Notes under the pieces: generated by a model
Told to the model about the DNA's origin: nothing
The model's database searches: none
The model's input: only the letters and a program-made list of their open reading frames with translations
Shown here: positions 11,565-23,186 of the stretch, piece by piece
Layout of the letters: each line of letters opens with the position of its first letter
Position numbering within the stretch: position 1 is the first letter of the stretch
Made by a program: the position numbers and the translations under genes
From: Octopus sinensis
Lineage: Eukaryota
Direction of reading: 5' to 3'
NCBI RefSeq assembly: GCF_006345805.1
Contig: NC_043009.1
Span: forward strand, 31,868,001-31,932,000
DNA length: 64,000 bases

Positions 11565-12884
11565 ATACACACACACACACACATATATGTGTGTATGTAT
11601 ATATATACATATGCATGTATTACAGAGGCTCCCTAAGAAGTGCATTTCATCTACTACAAGGTCTCACAAGCTATGTAACAGCTTAAGAGTGTTATATTAG
11701 ATACTTTGTTGCCAAGTTACCAAGTAGCAGGATGGAACCAGAGACCAAATGATTGTGAGCAAACCTCTTAACCACACGGCTATGTCTACTCATATACCAT
11801 GCTGGCACCTGTATTAATGGCAATATGGTATTTATATGTGCAGGTCTACACCACCCACACACACATATAGAGAGAAATATGCATGTTTGTGTGTGTGTGT
11901 GTATGTATGCATATAAATATATGTATAAAGATAAACATATATACATATGCATATGATATACACGCAAATATTTACATACACTCACACGAATATATGTACA
12001 TGCATGATTGTGTGTATACATGCACAGAGATATATTTATGTATATATATATAAATATGTATATATATATACACATATGTGTGTATGTATATATGAATAGA
12101 TATATATTTATATATATATGCCTACATACACACGTGTGTATATATATATATATACACGTACACACTAACAGACATATGTATATGCATGTGTATGAGTATA
12201 TATGTGTATAAAACAATGAGCATCAAATCTATTTAAAGTCTTTTCTCCAAATGATTAAAGAAACGACAACTTCATTAACCTGACATATATCTATATTTAA
12301 TTATATGCTCAAATGAAGCTAATTACATTGAAATATCCCATTCATGAAGCGTACTGCCTTATGCTTAGTATCTAGCAATTAAACCTGTAGCCAATATTAT
12401 ATAATTGCTTTGAAATTAATTTTCACACTTTGCCTTGTTAAATAAAATTTGAGATTATAAATTGATAGATTCATTGATGTATTATATTGAATATGTACAT
12501 AATCACATTGAGAAACTTTCATTTATGATTAAGAACAGATCTCAATGTCTTTCATACCATATTGTAATCGGAAGATGGAAGAATATCAATGACAATACCT
12601 TAATATTTATTAAAGCAAATATACAGGATTCTGTTTTTATATGTAAGGTCTCTTAGCTTGATTAATGACTCATTCCATGAGTGAGGAATGCCTTTAGTTA
12701 AGTGCAATACACTACTGCTATCATATTAGCAGCTGTCAACTCACTTTGGGATTTCTTTTAGTATCAAGCTGTGCCAGATTGCTCACAAAAACTCTTTCTC
12801 TAAACAATTTTCTGTGGACCCTTTCATAATAGAAACATTATTATTTCAAATCTCTCAAAGAGAGACATTCAGTGACAGTTCTTT

Positions 12885-13385
12885 AAAGTAAAAGCTATTT
12901 GCCAACATAATGTGGCTGTCACAAAAAGGATGATGTTATTGTTGTATAAGGGCACAGATGGTGTGTCGTATAGCAAGCTAGAAACGATGTTTCTTGGGGC
13001 TAAAACAACAGTAATATCGTCCCTTTTGGGACAGCAACATTATGTTGGCAAATAGTCTTTACTTTAAAAAAAACCCTTACTGAATATCTCTCTTTAAGAG
13101 ATATAGAAATAATAATATTTCTGTTTTTTGATCAGTGGCTGTGTGTCTCTTTGAAAACTTATATGTTTGAACGGTGAGTTCAGCAATGCCATCTGGACAA
13201 AGCAGCCATTCTGTGTTGATAAAGAGCAATAACTCAGAAACTAGTCCACAGATGTTCAAAAATATAAGGACACAGATAGTGTGCTGCATAGCCAGCTAGA
13301 AAGGATGTTTCTTGGGGACAAAAACAACAGCAACATCATGCCTTTCGGAACAGACACATTATGTTGACAAATAGCCTTTACTTCT
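12885..13385. mobile_element. Diverged relatives of the 7.6-kb family: fold-back 12885-13065 plus a direct copy ~13211-13385 headed by a hammerhead
   Basis: 60-bp arms 12885-12944 / 13006-13065; shared ctagaaa..gatgtttcttgggg..aaaacaacag..acattatgttg. Confidence 0.75.
13211..13251 (+). ncRNA. Minimal hammerhead, C3U/G8A mutant
   Basis: ctgtg TTGATAA a-gag caataa ctc-a GAAA CTA GTC cacag; perfect 5-bp stem I. Confidence 0.68.
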
Positions 13386-14222
13386 TTGATAATTTTCTTT
13401 CTTATACTTGATAAGGGGAATTTTTCCCGAAATATTATAAAATCATTAAACAATAAATATAAAGTAATACAATGTCTTTCCTTTTTGCTTTTATTTATGT
13501 ACATCACTTTACATATTTCTCAACTGCATGGTTCAAATGTTTCTTTTTTAAACATTTATATATCATTTAAATACTCTATTCGTGGCACTCCAGCATGACA
13601 ACAGCTGCATGGCTGGAGTGAGTAAAAGAGTTATTTACACATTCAGGCTTTAATATTAAAAACAGTAATTCCACCAAAGTTGAAATCATTTTTTTTTTAC
13701 TATTGAAACATCAGAAACAAGTGAGAATGGTTGAATATCTCATCATAAAGAATTCTTTATGCTACCATTCTGCTAGAAATGGAAGACAAACTGCTTTCCA
13801 ATCACACCTCAATATCTTAAGGATGTATTATTATTATTACCATGTGTAACTCAGATTTAAAATAGGAAAACAAATATCCCTACATGTTCTACAACGTAAC
13901 TATAAGGGTTTGTGTCATGAAGAGCATCTGACTGTGAAATACTGCCCCAACAAACACCATCCAACTCCGACTACAATGGAAAATCAGATGCAAAACAATG
14001 ACGATTTAGAACATTGCAGACCAGAAGACAATTTGTTGGTAAATATCAGGTCATCCCATAAGATCTGTCCGAATTTTGAATAAAGAAAACAAGTGATCAA
14101 ATGTTATATTTAATTGAAATTTAAACATCAGTGTACTTTCCCTGATTATCTATGACTTCCTTCCATCTATTTACAAGCTTTTTAATCCCATCAATGTAAA
14201 ACTCATTTGGTTTCAAAACGAA

Positions 14223-14482
14223 GAACTCTGACATGTGATTGAAATGTTACAGGAGAGAATCACAAGATAAATTCTTCAAGCCAAGCCAACTGGCAGGAGA
14301 CCTATGGGTAGTCCAAGGGAAAGATGGCTTGTTAATCCCCAGAGTCACATTTTGTTAGACTTGGGAATGCAGTCAGAAAGTCTAATGACCATTTCTTCTG
14401 AAAGGTTCCTATAGAGGAGGTGCCTGAGGCCTCTACCCCCATGACAATCCCAGGAATAATGAGCAAAGAAGATGGATGGATA
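14223..14482 (+). mobile_element. RTE-clade LINE 3' end (Rex3/Expander-like)
   Basis: HVIEMLQERITR*ILQAKPTGRRPMGSPRERWL...LPP*QSQE* followed by a GATGGATGGATAG tail. Confidence 0.75.
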
Positions 14483-16307
14483 GCTAGACCTAGTACCTTG
14501 AGTTCTTTCAGTGCATTCCTTGCTATTACAAGCATTTAAGCCAAACATCTGCTTAGAGGACATCTTCCTCCTTCATCCTTACTAGTATTGAAGACACTTT
14601 AAAACATTATGGCTGCTAACTTACATTCTGAATATTTTTTACAGAAAATGGAAAATTTTAATTTAAATATGAACCCTATAAAATATGAAATTTTATACCC
14701 CAGGACAAAAGGAAGACCCACTTAGGGTTGGAATCAAATGAAATTAATATTGTAAACCACTAAATTATCAATCCTGTCTCTCAAACAAATACAATAATGA
14801 AAATACATCACAAGAGAACTAAATGAAGTCAATTTGGCATCAGTAGAACTGAATTACAACAACGTTTTTTGATTTTTATTTTCATAACAAATTGAAATGA
14901 ATTACAAGATGTTTATACTCCAAAGACAAGTAGGTACTTAAAAAGGAATAAAATAAAAACTTGATTTTTTTTTTTTGTGTCGATGAGAGATGTATTTCTA
15001 TTCTATTTCATCTCACACTTAACTCTTCTGCAAATTCTCTCACTCACCGTATTCACGAGTCTGTACTAAAGCCATAACAGCCATAGTTCACCTACAAAAT
15101 GTTTTTTTTTCTTCCTTTATAGTGGATATTATTGAATTTTATTTCTATTTTTATTATTTAAATATTGGTAAAAAATTTTTGAAAAGTATTATTTTCAGGG
15201 CAAGTTTTTGTGTATTTGAGTGGAAAAATGTATTCAGTGTATCTCTATGAATGGTCTCAGATTGTACAAGTGATAGGAGTCTGATGGCATTGAACTGCTA
15301 AAGTGTATATGTGTCTATATGTATATGTGAGTGCGTGTGTGTGTGTGTGTGTGTAAACATAATATATATTTGTGACTGTGTTTCTGTGTGTAAGGACATA
15401 CGTGGAAGTGTATATGTGTTGTAAATATATGTTAATATGTTGTATATGGTTTTGTGAAGTGATATCTTTTCGATAGTGTGTGTGTGTGTGTGTGTGAAAA
15501 ACATTTAATGTGATGGAAGCGTGAAATAGAGTTGTTGATTGTTGATAACAAAGTAAACGTGTATGTATGCATGTGTACATATGACTCTTGGTGTGTGTGT
15601 GTATGCATATTTGTGTTTCAGTGTGTGTATTTGTGTGTGTGTGTGTGTATTTGTGTGCTTGCATGTGTGTAGTAATAAACTGACAATATCTCTCCTGAGT
15701 GAGTGGATGAATGATTTGTATGGAGAACTTGTTCTTTTCACATGTATGTGTGTATATACACACTCATGTGTGTGTGTGTGTGTGTGTGTGTGAGTATGTT
15801 CCTTTCTGTGTAGAACAATGAAAAGTGTAGGGAGAGGAATAAGTGGTTGATGCTTGTAAATATTTGGCTGTGCGTTGAGTGTCTCAGTTTAAAATAAGAG
15901 TGTGAACATCAGGAAAACTGTATTCTTTGATTTGTGAAGAAATCAAAGTTAAAAACTCAATGATGTATAAAATAAAACGGAGATAAAGGAATAAGACATC
16001 AAAAAGGAAATAGAATACTGTCATGCCAGGGGAAAATTAATTTTATTGATTAAAAACATATTTCGCTCTAATTAGACCAATTATTGACTTCAAAGAGGAA
16101 AAATAAAATTTGATTTTGTCTTTAGAGTTTCTGTTTATTTTCTTTTATTTTTAAGTCCCTGATTCTGTAATCTAGGTTTCATCAGATGTATTATAATATT
16201 CTCTGGTAAAAGTGCTGGTATCATCCACTTATGTACTGTCGGTGCCAGCATGAAATTTGGTTAAGACTATAAAATTGCAATGCTTGAAAATAGTTCTATA
16301 AATAGTT

Positions 16308-16715
16308 AGGCACAGAAGTGGTTGTGTGGTAAGTAGCTTGCTTACCAATCACATGGTTTTGGGTTCAGTCCTACAGCATGGCACCTTTGGCAAGTGTCTT
16401 CTACTTTGGTCTCGGGCCGACCAAAGTCTTGTGAGTGGATTTGGTAGCTGGAAACTGAAAGAAGCCCATTGTATATATCTATATATATATATATGTGCGT
16501 GTGTGTATGTGTGCTTGTGTCTGTGTTTGTCCCCTCACCATCGCTTGACAACCGATGTTGGTGTGTTTACATCCCCGTAACTTAGCGGTTTGATAAAAGA
16601 GACTGATAGAATAAGTACTAGGCTTACAAAGAATAAGTCCTGGAGTCAATTTACTTGACTAAAAGTGATGCTCCAGCATGGTTGCTGTCAAATGACTGAA
16701 TCAAATAAAAGAATA
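16308..16715 (+). mobile_element. SINE family A (tRNA-derived head, CORE-like ccttgggcaagt, internal microsatellite)
   Basis: gtggttgtgtggtaag...gggttcagtcc A/B-box head; matches other copies in the window. Confidence 0.9.
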
Positions 16716-16756
16716 AAAAAATAAAATAGATGTTTTAGTAGGACATAACTACATAT

Positions 16757-17158
16757 ATTCTTTTACTTGTTTCGGTCGCTTGACTGTGGCCATGCTAGAG
16801 CACTGCCTTAAAGTTTTTTAGTCAAAGAAATTGACTCCAGGACTTATTCTTTGTAAGCCTTAGTACTAATTCTATCAGTCTCTTTTGTTGAGCCTCTACA
16901 TTATGGGGACGGAAACACAACATCGGTTATCAAGCGATGGTGGGGATACAAACACAGACACATATATATAAATATATTCACATTTATATATATATATATA
17001 TACATGTACGATGAGATTCTTTCAGCTTCCATCTATTAAATCACTCACAAGGCTTTGGTCAGCCCAAGGCTATAGTAGAAGGTGCCATGCAGTGGGACTG
17101 AACTCAGAACCATGTGGTTGGGAAGCAAGCTTCTTACCATACAGCCATGCCTGTGCCT
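16757..17158 (-). mobile_element. SINE family A
   Basis: Reverse complement of the family A consensus. Confidence 0.9.
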
Positions 17159-17727
17159 ATATATATATATATCAATAAGGGATGGCCTAAGGCCCCGGAT
17201 GGACCGGGGGATTTATGTATCTGCATCGGGAAGGTTCCTTCCTAGGGTGTAGCTTTGAACAAGATTTATCTTGCTTTATTTTATTTTATTCTATTTTTAC
17301 AGAAAGCTACCATTTCTCTAGAGCAAAAACCCCTTTCTACAACAAACCGATCTTATTCAAGAGAAATTCAAGAGTTGATATGATTCATCTTGGCACCAGT
17401 GTCGATACGGATTGTTTACACACTGATGCCAAGGTTTATCAACTGGTAGTGTGATAGTTGGCACCAGCGTTGCTGCAACTTGGGCACCAGTGTGATCAAT
17501 GACAAACTCAGAATGTAAAACACAAGAAAAATTACTGCCAGTCATGTTGTTCATTTTCTAATTATTCTACAAACTGATGGGTAAAACAGGTTTTTGTGAA
17601 TTCCTTAATTGGTTTTCTGTATTGTATATATTTGCTTCTGCACCAAATAGTCTCCTTGGGTTATTGAAAAACTGTCTGCCCATCATCTCTATATAATCTT
17701 GTTTGATGTTGCAATTTTATTCATAGT

Positions 17728-17893
17728 AGGCGCAGGAGTGGCTGTGTGGTGAGTAGCTTGCTAACCAACCACATGGTTCCGGGTTCAGTCCCACTGCGTG
17801 GCATCTTGGGCAAGTGTCTTCTGCTATAGCCCCGGGCCGATCAATGCCTTGTGAGTGGATTTGGTAGATGGAAACTGAAAGAAGCCTGTCGTA

Positions 17894-17926
<33 letters not shown>

Positions 17927-18140
17927 GTGCATATGTTTGTGTGTCTGTGTTTGTCCCCCTAGCATTGCTTGTGTGTTTAAGTCCCCGTTACTTAGCGGTT
18001 CGGCAAAACAGATCGATAGAATAAGTACTGGGCTTACAAAGAATAAGTCCCGGGGTCGATTTGCTCAACTAAAGGCGGTGCTCCAGCATGGCTGCAGTCA
18101 AATGACTGAAACAAGTAAAAGAGAGTAAAAGAGAAAGAGT
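17728..18140 (+). mobile_element. SINE family A, young full-length copy
   Basis: Shares diagnostic bases (gctaaccaacc, ggcatcttggg, ctgctatagccccggg) with 59692-60069. Confidence 0.93.
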
Positions 18141-18167
18141 ATATTTATCATCATTTTTCAAGCACTT

Positions 18168-18628
18168 GTGCCAGTGGAACATTAAAAGCACATCTGAACA
18201 TGATCGTTGACTGGGCCATAGATTTGCTCCCAAGCCGGTGGCATGAAAAAAGCACCATTTAAGCATGATTGTTGCCAGCATTGCCTTACCAGAACATGTG
18301 CTAGTGGCACATGAAAAGCAACATTCGAGCGTTGTCATTGCCAGTGCTGCTGGACTAGCTCCCATGCAGGTAGTACTTAAAAAACATCTTTTGAGCATGG
18401 TCGTTGCCAGAACCACCTGACTGGCCCTCATGCCAGTGGCATGTAAAAGCACCCACTGCACTTTCAGAGTGGTTGGCGTTAGGAAGGGCATCTAGCTGTA
18501 GAAACTTTGCCAGATCGGATTTAGCCTGGTGCAGCCTGCTGGCTCACCACTCTTCAGTCGAACTGTCCAACCCATGCCAGCATGGAAAGCGGACGTTAAA
18601 CGACGACGATGATGATGATGATGATGAT
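18168..18628 (+). mobile_element. Retroposon family C (V-domain-like ggaagggcatc.agctgtagaaac, (GAT)n tail) with five ~65-nt 5' monomers
   Basis: Monomer starts 18174, 18238, 18304, 18370, 18436; ends ggacgttaaacgacgacgatgatg. Confidence 0.85.
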
Positions 18629-19087
18629 CTATCATAGTATATCTATCATTATTTTTCCAAGTTTCTGTCAGCCACACAAAATTTGGTCATATGCACTTTC
18701 TTTTGTGACCTCTTAGTTGGTTCCAGGCAACGGAATATTTTCTTCAATTTTGGACAAGATTTGAAGGAAGATTGCGTTCAAATGATACAGCTTGTATGAT
18801 AGTGATGCTTATTCACAACTGGAATGTGATATCAAGAAAAGGACACACACACACACACACACATGTATACTCACACACACACACACACATGCACACACTT
18901 AAACAAACACAAACTTTCCAGTAATTTTTTGTTTTGTTTCTTTTACACTTGTTTTAATTATTAAGTATTTATTTAATTCTAGACAAAAATAAGCCCTTTC
19001 AATAATTAATATGCGCATTTCTATCTGGTATAACCATCTCTGACCCCTCCTTTCCTTATTTTTAAACATGTCTTTCACATTCCATTT

Positions 19088-19275
19088 CTTCTTTTCTTCT
19101 TCTTCTTCTTCTTCTTCTTCTTCTTCTTCTTCTTCTTCTTCTTCTTCTTCTTCTCCTCCTCCTCCTCCCCTCCCCTCCTCCTTCTTCTTCTTCTCCTCCT
19201 CCTCCCCCTCCTTCTCCTTGTCCTCCTCCCCTCCCCTCGTCACCACCCCTTCTTCTTCTTCTTCTTCTCTTCTCC
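19088..19275. repeat. (CTT)n/(CCT)n polypyrimidine tract
   Basis: Direct reading. Confidence 0.95.
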
Positions 19276-19556
19276 TTCTGCCATATCATTGCTTGGGGAT
19301 CCCACCACCCAAATTACTATTAAAGACCTACCCCCACTCACTACATTAACTTCTACCTCCACCTGTTTGCTCACCCCTCACGCACTTTCAAAAGTATCCA
19401 CTCTCTCTCATCTCCATCTACGACACACATCTTATGTTCACCTTCTCGTTCCTTGAGAGTTTGCTCTGGCACATCCATCACTGCCTTCCCCTTATCTTCT
19501 TGAGCCATATGTATCTCCCCTATAGCAAGAAACCTGGGCTTGTCCCTCCATCAATA

Positions 19557-19786
19557 CCTATTTCGTTACTACCCACAAGGGGCTAAACACAGAGGGAACA
19601 AACAAGGACGGACAAACGGATTAAGTCGATTATATCGACCCCAGTGCATTACTGGTACTTAATTTATCGACCCCGAAAGGATGAAAGGCAAAGTTGACTT
19701 CGGCGGAATTTGAACTCAGAACGTAACAGCGAACGAAATACAGCTACGCATTTCGCCCGGCGTGCTAACGTTTCTGCCAGCTTGCC
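19557..19786 (-). mobile_element. SINE family B, young full-length copy (central gcctttcatcctttcggggtcgataaattaagtaccag, recalled as Meta-domain-like)
   Basis: Close to the consensus implied by many copies; domain name from memory only. Confidence 0.9.
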
Positions 19787-20126
19787 ACCAATACTTGGCA
19801 TAGAGTCCCTCCATCAATACCTGGCATAGAGCTACCCACCTCCACCTTCTCCTCCAATATATTTCGCATGAGCAGTGAGAGGTCTGCTGTTTGCTTTCTC
19901 TCCCAGTTTTTTTTTCTGTCTTACAAGTCACGTTATCACCTCACTTGCTCCAGTGGCAAGAACACAGCACACAGAACCCTCTGTAAAAAGAGTTGGCGTT
20001 AGCAAAGTCATCCAGTCATAGAAACCATACCAAAGATGACACTGGAACTCAGTGCAGCTCACTGGTTCCCTGTCCAACTGTTCCAGCCATGTCAGCTTGG
20101 AAAGTGGACATTAGGTGATGATGTCG

Positions 20127-20160
<34 letters not shown>

Positions 20161-20179
20161 CGACGACGACGACGACGAC

Positions 20180-20213
<34 letters not shown>

Positions 20214-20719
20214 TTATTCTCTACCTTTTTGCACTGCTTCTTACCAGACAACACCAACATTTATTGTGCAGCTTTTAAAAAACTGGAAGACTTCCAAACC
20301 ATTCCATCAGACTCTGCTACAGATTTGATGGACATATTAGCCTAACCGTAACTTCCTGTTTCTCCTTCTCTGTCGTTCTCGCCATCTCTCTCCTCTCCCT
20401 CTCTCATTCTCTACCTCTCCCTCTGTCATTCTCTACCTCTCCCTCTCTCTCCCTCTCTGTCCACACATACACATACACCTTATATATATTCTTTTATTTC
20501 TTTTTTGCTTTCGCCTCCCGCAACCCTCTCTCCATTTCTCATTATTGCTTGTTGTCTGTCTCATCACATGAATAGACAATGAACTGAAATGACAATTTAA
20601 ATTTTTTCCAACAATATTCAAGTACAAGATGCAAGTACACACACAAGTACACATACCTAAAAATATAAAGATACATGCATGAGTGTGTTTGTGTGTGCAT
20701 ATATGTGTATATATATATA

Positions 20720-20813
<94 letters not shown>

Positions 20814-21265
20814 ATGCAGGTGGCTCATTAGCAAGTTAAACCTAAAGGCAAATTTATAAGCAAGGGTATGAAAGAGTACCTTGCATTGCTAGAAACAATA
20901 GTCGAAAACGACTCAGCCATGAATCTTAATAAGTTGACGAAAAAGAGTAAGTGAGAAAGCTACGTACCATAGTGAGATAGGTTTACAAGTGAAGAAGTAG
21001 ACATGTCCATATCACATCCACAGGCGAGAACTGAGATGCAGCACATCAGAGTTTGAAATCAGACGATACGGATATACCTGCCTCTTCACTTGTGAGCCGG
21101 TCTCACAATGATACGTAGCTTTCTTGCTTCCTCTTTTCCATCAGTTTATTAAGATGAATACTTTTTGTGGCTAACTGTGTCGTTTTGGGCTCTTGTGTCT
21201 AGCAATGCTGCTACTATTTTGTACCTTTGCTTATATATATATATATGTATATATATTATATATAT

Positions 21266-21680
21266 AGGCGTAGGAGTGGCTGTGGGGTAAGTAGCTTGCT
21301 TGCGAACCACATGGTTCCGGGTTGAGTCCCACTGCATGGCACATTGGGCAAGTGTCTTCTACTACAGCCTTGGGTTGACCAAAGCCTTGTGAGTGGATTT
21401 GGTAGACGGAAACTGAAAGAAGCCCGTCGTATATATGTATATATATATATGTATGTGTATATGTTTGTGTGTCAGTGTTTGTCCCCCCGCCCCAACATCG
21501 GTTGACAACCAATGCTGGTGTGTTTACGTCCCCGTAACTTAGCGGTTTGGCAAAATAGACCGATAGAATAAGTACTAGGCTTACAAAGAATAAGTCCTGG
21601 GGTCGATTTGCTCGACCAAAAAGGTGGTGCTGTAGCATGGCCACAGTCAAATGACTGAAACAAGTAAAAGAGTAAGAGTA
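21266..21680 (+). mobile_element. SINE family A, full length
   Basis: Head to gactgaaacaagtaaaagagt tail. Confidence 0.92.
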
Positions 21681-21701
21681 TGTATATATATATATATATA
21701 T

Positions 21702-21880
21702 ATATACTTTATTTAGAGCAGCAGAAACATCACAAAATCTGTTACTCAGAGTTTCACGTTTCCGTTTGTCAACAGTTTTGTTTAGAATGGTCATTCTAAA
21801 CAAAACTGTCCAACGAACGGGAACATGAAACTCTGAGTAACAGTTTTTGTGATTTTCTGCTGCTCTTAAATAAAGTATAT
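21702..21880. repeat. ~179-bp near-perfect palindrome with a degenerate hammerhead in each arm
   Basis: Arms of ~89 bp around gaatg-GT-cattc (centre 21790/21791); each arm reads aaaactgt (C)TGACGA-like acg..cgt GAAA CTC T GAG TA acag..tttt. Confidence 0.85.
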
Positions 21881-21999
21881 TACACTACCTCTGGTATTTG
21901 AGTACTCTCTTTCACCTTGTTTCACATTTATGTGCTTACTCCAGCATATATATATATATAAATAAAATATATGCATACATACAAACATATATGTACGTA

Positions 22000-22040
<41 letters not shown>

Positions 22041-22854
22041 GTATATATTTATATTTATATATATATATACACATACATTCATACACACACACCCACACAC
22101 AAACACATATATTGTGTTACGTAAGAAAAGATGTATTGGGAGAACGCAATTTATAAGGATAAAATATTTATATATTAATAGGAATAAACAATTTATATAT
22201 AAGCAAGCTGCCAGAATTTCATGTAAGCAGCAGTCCCTAAGTGGGTGTACACAAGAATATTATATTCGTCAAGACTGTCTTGTTAAGAAATACATTTTTT
22301 AAAGAATTCTACACTGTGATGTCTTGTATGAGTTGTACAAGTCTAAAAAATTATTGGATGCAATTTATGTCATGTCAGTGGAACATAAATATGTTTCTCA
22401 GAGGCTTGTAACTCTGTAAATGGTTTTAGTTATATTCACTTTCCGTGTAACAATGTTCAGGGGTGAGATCAAATTAGCTTGAAGTACTGTGTCTAGGGGC
22501 CCACCAATCATGTGAAGAAAACCATTTATTTTAATACAAAAGTCACTTTGAGAAATTTTTTCTCAAAATATTCCAGTTAGTTCTGTTTTGTGTTTGCACA
22601 TATAAAAATTTTTTACACACTGGTATTTTCTTTTAAGGCTGTTTCAAGTGTGTGTAATGATATATATATATATATATACATTGTGACTTAGTGGACTGGA
22701 GTAATGTGAAAGGAAGAACTTTGCACAAGAATACAATCTGTAGCCAGTCTGTGAACAGAGACAATGGACTCTTGGTCATGAATGTAACAGGCTAAACGAA
22801 ACGGCATTGTGCCTTCACAAACAAACACACACACACACACAAACAAACAACAAA

Positions 22855-23122
22855 TTGGCGCCTGTGCAGGTGGCATGGAAAAAGTACCCTTTGAGCATGG
22901 CCAATGCCAGTACTGCCTGATTGGCCCTCGAGCCAGTGGCACGTAAAAGCACCCACTACACTCTCGGAGTGGTTGGCATTAGGAAGAGCATCCAGCTGTA
23001 GAAACTTTGCCAGATCAGATTGGAGACTGGTGCAGCCTTCTAGCTCACCAGCCCTTAGTCAAACCGTCCAACCCGTGCCACCATGGAAAATGGATGTTAA
23101 ACAATGATGATGATGATGATGA
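22855..23122 (+). mobile_element. Retroposon family C (further copies ~4782-4850+, ~19975-20212+, ~29990-30045-, ~30215-30428+)
   Basis: Two monomers, V-like block, (GAT)n tail. Confidence 0.85.
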
Positions 23123-23186
23123 GTGTGTGTATGTGTATATGAATCCTAAAACCTGATCATAAGGCGTAGTGGTTAAGAGCACAGGC

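Noticed and set aside
22205-22280. Minus-strand TTGACGA atataa..ttacat GAAA TTC
   Set aside because: Core mutated, and stem III and cleavage register are ambiguous.
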